From Lentisphaerota bacterium (GTDB lineage Bacteria > Verrucomicrobiota > Lentisphaeria > Victivallales > Victivallaceae), in the NCBI GenBank assembly GCA_015061805.1, contig SUVV01000009.1:31990-95989 (forward strand): a stretch of 64,000 nucleotides of DNA. The letters run 5' to 3'. Each line of letters opens with the position of its first letter. The stretch's first letter is position 1. Positions 10,060 to 19,574 of the stretch are shown piece by piece. A model generated the notes under the pieces. That model did no database searches. It saw only the letters and a list, made by a program, of their open reading frames with translations, and had not been told where the DNA came from. The position numbers and the translations under genes were made by a program.

Positions 10060-10082
10060 CCCGGTTTCATGTCAGGAACATT

Positions 10083-11273
10083 ATGCAGCAAAATGAACCG
10101 GTTTGGAGTGTCAGCGCTGTAAACCGCGCACTTCGCGAAACAATCGAAGGAGCATTCATGCCCTTCTGGATGGGTGGCGAAGCCGGTTCTGTCACTTTGC
10201 ACCGTTCCGGACATGCCTATTTGCAAATCAAAGATGATAAATCCCAGATCCGCGCCTGCTACTTCGGAGGCGCCGCCGAATGCCGGAAACTCGGTATTGA
10301 CAACGGTTCGCTGGTCGAGGTCTGGGGAAATCTTTCAGTTTACGAAGTACGCGGCGAATATCAATTCAACATCAAAAAGATCCGCCTCGCCGGCATCGGC
10401 GCTCTGCAGCAGCGCTTTGAAGAACTCAAGCGCAAATTGGAAGCCGAAGGTCTTTTCGATCCCGCTGTAAAAAAACCGATCCCGCTCCTGCCGCGCTCCA
10501 TCGGAGTTGTTTCCAGCCCTACCGGAGCCGCCATCCGGGACTTTCTGCAGATCATCAACCGCCGTTTCCCGGATGTGAACATCAAAATATTTCCGGCGCT
10601 GGTACAGGGGGCGCAGGCTTCGCGCCAGGTCGCTGCCGGAGTGGATTTTTTCAACCGCACCCGGAATGTCGATGTGATCGTCGTCACCCGCGGCGGCGGC
10701 AGTATGGAAGACCTCTGGCCGTTCAATGAAGAGATCCTCGCCCGCGCCATCGCCCGGAGCAATATTCCGGTCATCAGCGCCGTCGGCCATGAGATCGACT
10801 TCACGATATGCGATTTTGTGGCTGATTTGCGGGTACCGACCCCATCGGCGGCGGCGGAACTGGTCATCGGCAGACGTGAAGAATTCATCACCCGTCTGGA
10901 GCGTGCCGCCAAAGATTTGAGTGCGGTACTCAAACTGCGTATCAGTAAATTGCGCAACGCGGTGGAGCGCCTCTCCGGCAGTCCGGTCTTTCACGAACCC
11001 CGGCGCCTGCTCGATGTCAAACGTCAATATCTGGATGAACTTGATATGCGCATGAGCCATGCCGCACAAAACTTCAAAAATCAGCTCGAACACCGTTTGG
11101 AACGTGCCGCCAATGCGCTCAACACCCTCAATCCGCGCAGTCAACTCGAAAGAGGTTATGTCATGGCATTCGATCCGGCGTCCGGCAAAGTCGTCACCTC
11201 ATCCAAAGTTGCCGCAGGCACCGAACTGGAACTGCATTTCGCCGACGGCAAACTCAAGGTGGAAACCAAATGA
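10083..11273 (+). CDS. xseA: Exodeoxyribonuclease VII large subunit
   Basis: N-terminal OB-fold region (VWSVSAVNRALRETIEGAF...WMGGEAGSVTLHRSGHAYLQIKD) and a catalytic region (GVVSSPTGAAIRDF, VIVVTRGGGSMEDLWPFN, ISAVGHEIDFTI). The ATG at 10083 is chosen because the ORF-track extension covers the hairpin at 10029. Confidence 0.9.
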   Translation: MQQNEPVWSVSAVNRALRETIEGAFMPFWMGGEAGSVTLHRSGHAYLQIKDDKSQIRACYFGGAAECRKLGIDNGSLVEVWGNLSVYEVRGEYQFNIKKIRLAGIGALQQRFEELKRKLEAEGLFDPAVKKPIPLLPRSIGVVSSPTGAAIRDFLQIINRRFPDVNIKIFPALVQGAQASRQVAAGVDFFNRTRNVDVIVVTRGGGSMEDLWPFNEEILARAIARSNIPVISAVGHEIDFTICDFVADLRVPTPSAAAELVIGRREEFITRLERAAKDLSAVLKLRISKLRNAVERLSGSPVFHEPRRLLDVKRQYLDELDMRMSHAAQNFKNQLEHRLERAANALNTLNPRSQLERGYVMAFDPASGKVVTSSKVAAGTELELHFADGKLKVETK

Positions 11274-12319
11274 AACAGGCGATTTCCCTCTGGTGCCGCT
11301 ACGGCGAACTGGGAGCCTCCAGCCGCCTCCGCTTCCGGCAATTTGTCCCGGAACTGCAAAAAGCCGGTTTCGCCGTTGATACCCATAATTTTTTCAGCGA
11401 TGACTATTTGAAAAAACTCTATTCCGGCAAAGGGAAATCCAAAACAGCATTTTTTTCGGCACTTTGCCGGAGGTTCAAAGAACTGCTCGCTCTGCCGCAG
11501 GATCGCCCCCTCCTGATTGAATACGAATTGCTCCCTTTCATACCGTGGGCAATTGAAAAACTTTTTATCGGCAAACGGCGATATATTCTCAACTTTGATG
11601 ATGCCGTCGATCTGCGCTACCGCAAAATTCCATTTTTGCGCGGCAAATATCCGGAACTGATCGCTCATGCCGCCGGGGTCATCGTTGCCAATGATGAACT
11701 TATGGAACGTTTCGCCCGGTATAATTCCAATATTTTCAAACTTCCCACCGTCCCGCCGCCGCCGCCGGAATCCCGGACAATGCCGCCGGAAAAAGGCGAA
11801 CTTATCCGCATCGGCTGGATCGGCACCCCTGTCACCTACGCTTTTCTGCAGAAACATACTGAAACTTTGCAGAAAATGTTCGCCTGCCACCCCTTTGAAC
11901 TGCTGGTCATCGCCCGCGAAGATCTGCCGCCGATCCCCGGCATCCCGGCAAAGTATGTCAACTGGTCGGCATCCGGCGAACACGCTCTTTTGCAGAGTTG
12001 TCAACTCGGAATAATGCCGCTGGATGACAGCGAATTTGCCAAAGGCAAATCGGCATTCAAACTTATCCAATACCTCCGCGCCGGAATTCCGGCGATCGCT
12101 TCGGCGACCGGAGAAAATCTCAATGTCATCCGGCAGGGCAAAACCGGCTTCTGCGCCGGCAGCAGCGCGGAATGGGCGGCGGCATGGCAGCAGTTGGCAG
12201 ATGAAAAGATCCGGCAGGAAATGGCGCCTGAAATCGCCCGCGAAGCAGAAAAATTCTCTTTTGAAAACAATTCCGTTCAACTTTTGAAAATCATCAATTC
12301 AATCTTAAAACCGGAGTGA
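11270..12319 (+). CDS. Putative GT-B fold glycosyltransferase (GT1/GT4-like)
   Basis: About 350 aa with a C-terminal GIMPL...KGKSAFKLIQYLRAGIPAIAS segment resembling the GT-B nucleotide-sugar binding region. The ATG overlaps the xseA stop (ATGA). Confidence 0.5.
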   Translation: MKQAISLWCRYGELGASSRLRFRQFVPELQKAGFAVDTHNFFSDDYLKKLYSGKGKSKTAFFSALCRRFKELLALPQDRPLLIEYELLPFIPWAIEKLFIGKRRYILNFDDAVDLRYRKIPFLRGKYPELIAHAAGVIVANDELMERFARYNSNIFKLPTVPPPPPESRTMPPEKGELIRIGWIGTPVTYAFLQKHTETLQKMFACHPFELLVIAREDLPPIPGIPAKYVNWSASGEHALLQSCQLGIMPLDDSEFAKGKSAFKLIQYLRAGIPAIASATGENLNVIRQGKTGFCAGSSAEWAAAWQQLADEKIRQEMAPEIAREAEKFSFENNSVQLLKIINSILKPE

Positions 12320-12322
12320 TTT

Positions 12323-13015
12323 ATGAACTGTATCGTACGTTTTCTGAAAAATGAATTTACCGGATGGCAGGTCTGGGAATTCATCTATGTCGCCGCCGCC
12401 GCCATCGCCATCGGCGTTATCGCCATGATCCTGGGCGATACTCCGCTCGGTATCGCTTCTGCTGTCGCCGGAACTCTCTATACCATGTTCGCCGGTAAAG
12501 GCAAGATCAGCTGTTATATTTTCGGTATATTCAATACGATCACTTACGGTTACATCTCTTACACCCGCCAGATATACGGCGATATGTGCCTCAACTGGGC
12601 GATCTATCTGCCGATGATGTTCGCCGGGATCATCCTCTGGAACCGCCGCCGGGATGAACAGCATACGGTGATCAAAACCATGCTTTCGTTCCGCAGTCGG
12701 ATCACGCTTATTTTGATCAATATCGCCGCCATTGCCGCCTTTGCGGCGGTGCTTCACAAAATGGGCGGCGGACAGCCGGTGATCGATTCCTGCACAACCG
12801 TACTTTCGATCACGGCAATGCTGCTGACGCTGAAGCGCTGTATCGAACAATGGCTGCTGTGGACGGCAGTAAATCTGCTGTCGGTGATCATGTGGGTGCG
12901 GGTATTTGTAAGTACCGGCGGCGGATCGGCAGCAACGCTTTTGTGGTGGCTGATCATGCTGATAACCGGCATCATATTCTACATACAGTGGCTACGCCCG
13001 GGGCGCCCCCGTTGA
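12323..13015 (+). CDS. pnuC: Nicotinamide riboside transporter PnuC
   Basis: Polytopic 230-aa protein. AGTLYTMFAGKGKISCYIFGIFNTITYGYISY and the WAIYLPMMFAGIILW motifs match the PnuC family. The last 7 codons lie inside the tandem repeat. Confidence 0.8.
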   Translation: MNCIVRFLKNEFTGWQVWEFIYVAAAAIAIGVIAMILGDTPLGIASAVAGTLYTMFAGKGKISCYIFGIFNTITYGYISYTRQIYGDMCLNWAIYLPMMFAGIILWNRRRDEQHTVIKTMLSFRSRITLILINIAAIAAFAAVLHKMGGGQPVIDSCTTVLSITAMLLTLKRCIEQWLLWTAVNLLSVIMWVRVFVSTGGGSAATLLWWLIMLITGIIFYIQWLRPGRPR

Positions 13016-13337
13016 GCATTTTCGCGCCTTGTCTGCGGACATCTGCTTGGTCGAGTACAGTCGTACACTCCCGGCGCATCTGCCTTGACAAAACACATCC
13101 TGCTCAACGATCATCACCCCGGGAGATATTTTGATTTGAAACGCCCGGGGCGCCCCCGTTGAGCATTTTCGCGCCTTGTCTGCAGACTTCTGCTCGAGTA
13201 CAGTCGTACACTCCCGGCGCATCTGCCTTGACAAAACACACCCTGCTCAACGATCATCACCCCGGGAGATATTTTGATTTGAAACGCCCGGGGCGCCCCC
13301 GTTGAGCATTTTCGCGCCTTGTCTGCGGATTTCTGCT
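12994..13337. repeat. Tandem repeat, 2.4 copies of a 143-147-nt unit
   Basis: Copies lie at 12994..13140 (147 nt), 13141..13283 (143 nt) and 13284..~13337 (truncated). Each begins acgcccggggcgcccccgttgagcattttcgcgccttgtctgc. Copies 1 and 2 differ by a 4-nt indel and a few substitutions. Confidence 0.95.
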
Positions 13338-13398
13338 TCCGGCTTCATTGCATTGCGCCGTGATAAGTGGCTGGGGGAATATTGTTGTCACAACCGGT

Positions 13399-13887
13399 TC
13401 AGAAGCGTTTGATGAAAAATCCGGCGACCTCCGGGGCTTTGCCGTCCTCTTTGAAAATCCGCACGCAGAGCAGGATCTCTCTGCACTCTCCGGGCTTGCC
13501 GTCTCTGCTTTGCTGTTCAAAGGTGATTTTCCAGAGCATATCCCGGAGTTTACCCTGATTCAACGTGGTGACATAAACAAGTTTGCGCGGAGTACCGTAG
13601 AGTGTTATCATGGCATTGCGCATTTGGGCAAAGTCAGGTGCAGTGAATTTTTTTCCGCCGGGGATCGGCGGCAGATGCGGTTCCAGATGCTTGAAATCTC
13701 CGGAAACAAGAGATTTCCCGAAGGAATCGGCAAAAATTTCAGCGGCTTTCTTTCCGGAATTTTCATCGTTTTCCGAAAAATCCCCCAGTTGGAGTTGCGG
13801 AGTTTCCGGAGAATTTTTCCCGGCACAGCCGGTCAGTAATACCGTCAATACCATCGACAGCAAAAAAGAGTTGCAGATAAATTTCAT
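13399..13887 (-). CDS. Hypothetical lipoprotein
   Basis: MKFICNSFLLSMVLTVLLTGCAGK is a signal peptide with a lipobox (LTGC). The ATG at 13887 overlaps the mutM stop (ATGA). No recognisable domain. Confidence 0.6.
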   Translation of the reverse strand: MKFICNSFLLSMVLTVLLTGCAGKNSPETPQLQLGDFSENDENSGKKAAEIFADSFGKSLVSGDFKHLEPHLPPIPGGKKFTAPDFAQMRNAMITLYGTPRKLVYVTTLNQGKLRDMLWKITFEQQSRDGKPGECREILLCVRIFKEDGKAPEVAGFFIKRF

Positions 13888-14708
13888 TTCTGACACCCCG
13901 GGCAATAGAATGAATTGCGCCCGCCGAGGCGGACGGAGGCGATAACGGCAGAACAACGCGGACACGTTTCGCCGTTTCTGCCGTATATTTTCAATTCCTG
14001 AACGAATTTTCCTTCGCTGCCGTCGACGTTTTTGAAATCAGAGATCGTCGTACCGCCGCATTCGATGGCACGAAGCAGGATCTTACGGGCGGTATCGGCA
14101 AGTTGACAACACTCTTTCAGCGTAACGGCATTGGCGCTCCGCCGGGGATCGATGGCGCATTCAAACAGGGTTTCGTTGGCATAAATATTGCCGATACCAA
14201 CCACAATGGCATTGTCCATCAGCGCATTTTTCACACAGCCGGAACGCTTTTTGAAGTGTTCAAAGAGGAGTTTGCCGGAAAACTCTTCCGACAGCGGTTC
14301 GACTCCGAGTTTGTCCAATACTGCCGGGAAAGCGCCGTTGGCACAGCCGGGATGGACTTCAAGCAGACTGAAGCGCCGCGTACATTCAAACCGGAATATT
14401 TTTCCGTCAGTAAAATGGATGAAAACGTGTTCATGTTTGCGGCGCGGCACGGATTCCGGTTCAACCCGGATGACTCCGGACATGCCGAAGTGCATCAGCA
14501 AACCTCTGCCGTCATCCAGTTCCGCGACCAGATAGCGCGCCCGGCGCCGGATATCGACGATCCGGCACCCTTCAAGTCCGGCACTTTTCAACGGGGTAAG
14601 CGGAGTACGCATGGCGGGGGTGAAAACCTCCACTTTGGCGATAGTTCCGCCGCAGATGGAACGTTTCAACGCCCGTCCGATATTTTCAGCTTCCGGCAAT
14701 TCCGGCAT
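13884..14708 (-). CDS. mutM: Formamidopyrimidine-DNA glycosylase
   Basis: Begins with the catalytic N-terminus MPELPEAE. It has a C-terminal zinc finger CPRC...CPGCQ and an H2TH region. The ORF-track N-terminal extension was discarded. Confidence 0.9.
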   Translation of the reverse strand: MPELPEAENIGRALKRSICGGTIAKVEVFTPAMRTPLTPLKSAGLEGCRIVDIRRRARYLVAELDDGRGLLMHFGMSGVIRVEPESVPRRKHEHVFIHFTDGKIFRFECTRRFSLLEVHPGCANGAFPAVLDKLGVEPLSEEFSGKLLFEHFKKRSGCVKNALMDNAIVVGIGNIYANETLFECAIDPRRSANAVTLKECCQLADTARKILLRAIECGGTTISDFKNVDGSEGKFVQELKIYGRNGETCPRCSAVIASVRLGGRNSFYCPGCQK

Positions 14709-14997
14709 AATATGTTCCTTCAGTTTTGCAACTAGATGTACGGCAGCGCATATCGCGGCAATGCCGGTTTGAACTCTTCTCAACTGCCTTAAAATATCAT
14801 CATTTCAGGATTTTTTCAAGAGGAAACCTGAGCTTTGGCCTCAAAATATGGCTATTAAAATATCCATGATTTCCGAACTGCCCTGCCATTTTCACCTGAA
14901 AGAAATATTTATTTCATTAATTTTACATTTTTATGCTTTACAAAGGGGTAATATGGTGATATCTTATATTGCAAGTATAACATAAAGAGAAAGAACA

Positions 14998-16710
14998 ATG
15001 GGTGCTAAAAACTGGAAACTGTCCGGAAATTTTCTGGATCACGATGTTGATCTCCTCCAACAGAAATTTTCACTTCCCCGTCCGATAGCCGTATATTTTG
15101 CTTCACGCGGCATCGGAGCAAATCAGGTGGCTGATTTTGTCAATCCCCGCCTGGCGAACCTGAGCGATCCTTACCGCTTCCCCGGTATAAAGGAGGCTTC
15201 GGCGCGCTTGTGGCAGGCGATTGCCAATCGGGAACCGATCCTTATTCACGGCGACTACGACACCGATGGTATCACCGCCAGCGCGCTGCTGGCACTGGTT
15301 CTGCGGCAGAATGGCGCTGTTGTAAACTCCTTTATCCCGCACCGTTTCGATGACGGTTACGGTTTCACTCCGGAATCTCTGGAAAAAGCTCTGGAGATGT
15401 TCGGCAAGTGCGGCGTACTGGTCACAGTTGACTGCGGCATCACCAGCTGCGAAGCCGTTCAAAATGCGGTCGCGCTGGGCATTGATGTCATCGTCACCGA
15501 CCACCACGAAGCCGGAAATGAACTCCCCGAAGCGCTGGCGATCATCAACCCGAAGGTCTATCCTGAACTGGAAGATCTGCAGCTGCTTTCCGGTGCCGGT
15601 GCCGCTTTCAAACTTTCCCACGCTTTCATCAAGTACGGCAGAGAAAACAACCTCGGCGGCTTCCAGACCAATCTGGAAGAGGTGCTGGATTATGTCGCTC
15701 TCGGTACTGTTGCTGATATCGTCCCCCTGCTCGGTGAAAACCGTATTCTGGTGCGCCACGGCATCGAAGCCCTGCGCCGCCAGTTGCGCCCCGGGATCCG
15801 GGCGCTGATCGAAAGTTCAAGGATCCGTTCGGAACTTTCGCCGGCGGATATCACCTTCCGGCTCGCCCCCAGAATCAATGCTGCGGGCCGGGTCGGTGAT
15901 GCCAATGTTGCGCTGCAGCTTCTGGAATCCGACTGCATCGTTGATGCGTACAACTGCGCCGGACAACTGGAACAATTCAACCGCAACCGTCAGGAGAAAG
16001 AGCAGGAGATCTATCAGGATGCCAGAGAGCAGATCGAACGCAACCTCGCCTGGCAGAGTCCTTATTCGCTTCTGGTCGCCGGACGCAACTGGCATCAGGG
16101 CGTGATCGGTATTGTGGCTTCCCGGCTGGCGCGCGACTACAACCGCCCCACCATCGTCCTGACGATCCAGGGCGACGAAGCCTACGGTTCCGGACGGAGT
16201 ATCGCCAATCTGAATCTGGTCGAAGTCCTGAGCCGCAGTGCCCATTTGCTCGAACGTTACGGCGGTCATCCGATGGCGGTCGGCATCGGACTCAAAACGG
16301 AAAATATCGCCGCATTTTATGAAGAAATGGACAAAGAGATCCGCAAACAGATCACTCCGTCGGAGTTGGAACGCTTCATCGCTTACGACGGCGAAGCCGC
16401 GCTGGAGGAACTCACTCCGGAATTTTTCTCATATCTTGATCGTCTTTCCCCCTTCGGTCACAGCAACCAGAAGCCGGTTTACCGTTTCAACGAACTCCGG
16501 GTCGTGCGTTGCGGCGCCATCGGCGACGGTGCCCACACCAGAGGCACGCTGCAGGGACGTTTCGGTCAGATGGACTTTATTGCCTTCAACCGTCCGGTTT
16601 CGGAATTCCGTTCCCGGATACTCGATGTACTTGCCACACCGCAGCTCAACCGCCAGCAGCCGGGTGAGCCGCCTCAATTGAATATCATAGATATTCGTGA
16701 TGCGTATTGA
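14998..16710 (+). CDS. recJ: Single-stranded-DNA-specific exonuclease RecJ
   Basis: DHH-family motifs HGDYDTDGITA, VDCGI, VTDHH and GGHPMAVG (DHHA1), 570 aa. Confidence 0.9.
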   Translation: MGAKNWKLSGNFLDHDVDLLQQKFSLPRPIAVYFASRGIGANQVADFVNPRLANLSDPYRFPGIKEASARLWQAIANREPILIHGDYDTDGITASALLALVLRQNGAVVNSFIPHRFDDGYGFTPESLEKALEMFGKCGVLVTVDCGITSCEAVQNAVALGIDVIVTDHHEAGNELPEALAIINPKVYPELEDLQLLSGAGAAFKLSHAFIKYGRENNLGGFQTNLEEVLDYVALGTVADIVPLLGENRILVRHGIEALRRQLRPGIRALIESSRIRSELSPADITFRLAPRINAAGRVGDANVALQLLESDCIVDAYNCAGQLEQFNRNRQEKEQEIYQDAREQIERNLAWQSPYSLLVAGRNWHQGVIGIVASRLARDYNRPTIVLTIQGDEAYGSGRSIANLNLVEVLSRSAHLLERYGGHPMAVGIGLKTENIAAFYEEMDKEIRKQITPSELERFIAYDGEAALEELTPEFFSYLDRLSPFGHSNQKPVYRFNELRVVRCGAIGDGAHTRGTLQGRFGQMDFIAFNRPVSEFRSRILDVLATPQLNRQQPGEPPQLNIIDIRDAY

Positions 16711-16776
16711 ATTTCCGGACAAAGGGGAGCAATCACCTTTGGCTGAAAATTTGTGCCGCTTCAGGAAAGGATAATA

Positions 16777-17367
16777 ATGAAGTATTTGGAATTGACTGTT
16801 GGTGCAGTTCTGGTTTATAATTTTGTGCTTTCCCGCTTTCTCGGGATCTGCCCGTTTCTCGGAGTTTCCAAGCGGCTCAGTACCGCAATGGGCATGTCCG
16901 GCGCAGTGATTTTCGTCATGGCGCTGGCATCCTGTATCACCTCGGCAATTTCCAATTATCTGCTCTGTTTCACCATCAACGGTGTTGAAGTGAAACTGGA
17001 TTTTCTCCGGATATTGCTCTTTATTCTGGTCATCGCCGCGTTGGTTCAGCTTTTGGAGGTGATGATGCAGAAACTCACCCCCGCGCTCTATCGGGCGCTG
17101 GGCATCTATCTGCCGCTCATTACGACCAACTGTGCGGTTCTCGGTGCCGCGACCATCAATGCTGAAAGCAACAGAAGTGTATTGGATTCAACGATTTTCG
17201 GTGCTTTTTCCGGAGTTGGTTTCGCGCTTGCGCTGCTGCTTTTTGCCAGCATCCGGGAAAAACTTGAACTCGCTTCTCCTCCCAAATCTTTTGAAGGAAC
17301 TCCCATCGCACTGGTAACTGCCGGGATTTTGGCGATGGCATTCACCGGCTTTGCCGGTTTGTGCTGA
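16777..17367 (+). CDS. rnfA: Rnf electron transport complex subunit A
   Basis: Polytopic membrane protein with VLSRFLGICPFLGVS and YLPLITTNCAVLG motifs (RnfA/NqrE family). It is the first gene of the rnfABCDGE order. ATG 16777 is preferred to GTG 16753. Confidence 0.9.
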   Translation: MKYLELTVGAVLVYNFVLSRFLGICPFLGVSKRLSTAMGMSGAVIFVMALASCITSAISNYLLCFTINGVEVKLDFLRILLFILVIAALVQLLEVMMQKLTPALYRALGIYLPLITTNCAVLGAATINAESNRSVLDSTIFGAFSGVGFALALLLFASIREKLELASPPKSFEGTPIALVTAGILAMAFTGFAGLC

Positions 17368-17391
17368 TTTTTTGCAGGAAAGGATTCTGGT

Positions 17392-18225
17392 ATGACGCTG
17401 TATACTGCACTGATCATTATGGGACTGCTCGGAGTTGTTCTGGGTGGTGTCATCGGTATTTTTGTAAAGATTTTCAAAGTTGAAAAAGATGCCCGCGCCG
17501 AACTGGCTCTGGAACTGCTCCCCGGCGCCAACTGCGGCGGTTGCGGCAAAGCCGGATGCGCGGATTTCGCCAATGCACTCGCAGCCGGTGAGGCCACGCC
17601 GGGAAATTGCCCGGTTTCCAGTTACGAACAACGTTCTGCCATCGCCTATGCGCTTGGTATCGATGCCGGCCCCGTAGAGATGAAACAGGCGGTGGTCTGT
17701 TGTCTTGCCGACCTCGGCGCTGAAGAGATCGATTATAACGGTGTTCCGGATTGCAATGCCGCCAATTTGGTTGCCGGCGGCCCCACCACCTGCCGTTACG
17801 GTTGTCTGGGCTTGGGCAGTTGCGCCCGGGTGTGTCCGTTCGGAGCGATCGAAATCATCGGCCGGGTGGCGGTGGTTCATCCGGAATTGTGTACCGGCTG
17901 CGGCAAATGTTCTGATGTCTGTCCCCGCCATGTGATCAGGATGGTTCCGGCGGGTACGACGGTTCACGTCTACTGCAACTCTCCGGAAAAAGGCGTAGTC
18001 AAACGCACCTTCTGTCAGTCGGCGTGCCTGGGTTGCCGCAAATGCGAAAGAATGCTTCCGGGCAGATTCAAATTCAATGAATTTCTGGCTTTGATCAACT
18101 ACGATTATCCGATTTTCCTCCAGGCGGAAGATGTTGAGAAATGCGGCTGTCCGGCGGGATGTATAATGACCGAAGCCAATCGTTATCAAGCGGCGAAAAC
18201 TGCTTCCGCGAAAGGAGCAAAATGA
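17392..18225 (+). CDS. rnfB: Rnf complex subunit B (polyferredoxin)
   Basis: N-terminal TM helix, CGGCGKAGC cluster region, then several CxxCxxCxxxCP motifs (CTGCGKCSDVCP and others). Confidence 0.9.
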   Translation: MTLYTALIIMGLLGVVLGGVIGIFVKIFKVEKDARAELALELLPGANCGGCGKAGCADFANALAAGEATPGNCPVSSYEQRSAIAYALGIDAGPVEMKQAVVCCLADLGAEEIDYNGVPDCNAANLVAGGPTTCRYGCLGLGSCARVCPFGAIEIIGRVAVVHPELCTGCGKCSDVCPRHVIRMVPAGTTVHVYCNSPEKGVVKRTFCQSACLGCRKCERMLPGRFKFNEFLALINYDYPIFLQAEDVEKCGCPAGCIMTEANRYQAAKTASAKGAK

Positions 18226-19565
18226 AAAGTTCACGCAATGTTATGACCTTCTACGGGGGTATCCATCCCAACGGTGACGGTAAACGCCTCAGCTGCTTCA
18301 ACTGTATCCAGAGTGTTCCGCTGTTGGAAAAATATAATGTCATCCTTGCCCAGAACGCCGGAAAAGCACCGATCCCGGTGGTAAAAAAAGGCGATCAGGT
18401 CAAAAAATATCAGCTCATTGCCAAAGCTGACGGTTTTGTTTCTGCCAATTTGCACGCTCCGACCAGCGGAATTGTTTCTGCCATCGGAGAAATCCAGGGT
18501 ACAATGGGAATTCCCACCATGGCAATCGAAATCACTTCCGACGGTGAAGATGCCGGAAGCGCTCCGTTTGAAATCATCTCCGACTGGGAAAATGCCGACC
18601 CGGCTCTGCTCAAACAACGGGTCATCGATGCCGGACTGGTCGGCATGGGCGGTGCATCATTTCCCACTCATGTCAAACTTTCGATACCGCCGGAAAAGCA
18701 GGTGGATACCCTCATTCTGAATGGCGCCGAGTGCGAACCGTATCTTACCGCTGACCACCGGCTCATGCTGGAATTCCCGGAAAAAGTGGTGCGCGGCGCT
18801 GCAATGATCGGACGCATTCTCAATGTTTCAAACATCGTCATCGGCGTTGAAATCAACAAACTCGATGCCGTTGAAGCATTGGAAAAATACACCGCTAAAT
18901 ATGGCGTGAATGTCGCAGTACTGCATGTGCGTTACCCGCAGGGATCGGAAAAACAGCTTATCAACGCCATCACCGGGCGTACCGTCAAATCCGGAACATT
19001 GCCGATGGATGCCGGGTGCGTGGTTCAGAATGTCGCCACCTGCGCCGCGCTGGATGATGCCGTGATGCGGGGGATCCCGCTCGTTGAACGGGTCGTTACC
19101 GTCACCGGTGAAATAGTTGCCAAACCCGGAAATTTCCGGTTCAAAATCGGTACCCCGGCTCTGGAAGCAGTCCGACTGGCAGGCGGTGTCACCGCCGAAC
19201 CCGGTAAACTGGTCTTCGGCGGGCCGATGATGGGCTTCGCCCAGCGTTCATTCAAGGTTCCCATCGGCAAGAACACCTCCGGCATCCTGCTGATACCGCA
19301 GGAAAAGGCTTTCAACTTTGAAAGCAGCGGCTGCATCCGTTGCGGCAGATGCGTGCAGGGCTGTCCGATGAGTTTGATCCCGTGTCTGCTGTCGACCGCC
19401 ATCGAATCCGGCAGGATCGATCTTGCCGCCGAAAATCATGTCATGGACTGTATGGAATGCGGTTCCTGCGCCTATGTCTGCCCGGATCACCGGCCGCTGG
19501 TGCAGAATGTCCGCCGCGCCAAAGCCGAATTGCGCCGCCAGTTAAACTCCACCAAAGGGAAGTGA
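18222..19565 (+). CDS. rnfC: Rnf complex subunit C
   Basis: GMGGASFPTHVKL and LNGAECEPYLTADHRLM motifs, plus C-terminal CIRCGRCVQGCP and CMECGSCAYVCP. The ATG at 18222 overlaps the rnfB stop (ATGA). Confidence 0.9.
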   Translation: MKSSRNVMTFYGGIHPNGDGKRLSCFNCIQSVPLLEKYNVILAQNAGKAPIPVVKKGDQVKKYQLIAKADGFVSANLHAPTSGIVSAIGEIQGTMGIPTMAIEITSDGEDAGSAPFEIISDWENADPALLKQRVIDAGLVGMGGASFPTHVKLSIPPEKQVDTLILNGAECEPYLTADHRLMLEFPEKVVRGAAMIGRILNVSNIVIGVEINKLDAVEALEKYTAKYGVNVAVLHVRYPQGSEKQLINAITGRTVKSGTLPMDAGCVVQNVATCAALDDAVMRGIPLVERVVTVTGEIVAKPGNFRFKIGTPALEAVRLAGGVTAEPGKLVFGGPMMGFAQRSFKVPIGKNTSGILLIPQEKAFNFESSGCIRCGRCVQGCPMSLIPCLLSTAIESGRIDLAAENHVMDCMECGSCAYVCPDHRPLVQNVRRAKAELRRQLNSTKGK

Positions 19566-19574
19566 TCTACTGTT

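Noticed and set aside
10029-10082. N-terminal extensions offered by the ORF track. Affected genes are xseA (10029), mutM (14783), rnfA (16753), rnfC (18141), rnfG (20683), trkH (29844), the HD protein (44338), the response regulator (44418), fabF (48166), rfbA (55323) and marC (59921).
   Set aside because: In each case an internal ATG reproduces the canonical family N-terminus. That ATG often has a Shine-Dalgarno sequence or an ATGA overlap with the upstream stop. The extension overlaps the preceding gene or a hairpin.
12994-13337. CRISPR array interpretation of the repeat region
   Set aside because: The units are 143-147 nt and directly abut with no unique spacers. There are only 2.4 copies and no cas genes in the window.
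12992-13520. ORFs 12992..13234 (-) and 13257..13520 (-) running through the tandem repeat
   Set aside because: Their sequences simply repeat (…SADKARKCSTGAPRA… occurs twice) because the DNA repeats. They have no ribosome-binding site, are basic and low-complexity, and one reads into the lipoprotein gene's 3' flank. I treat them as non-coding.
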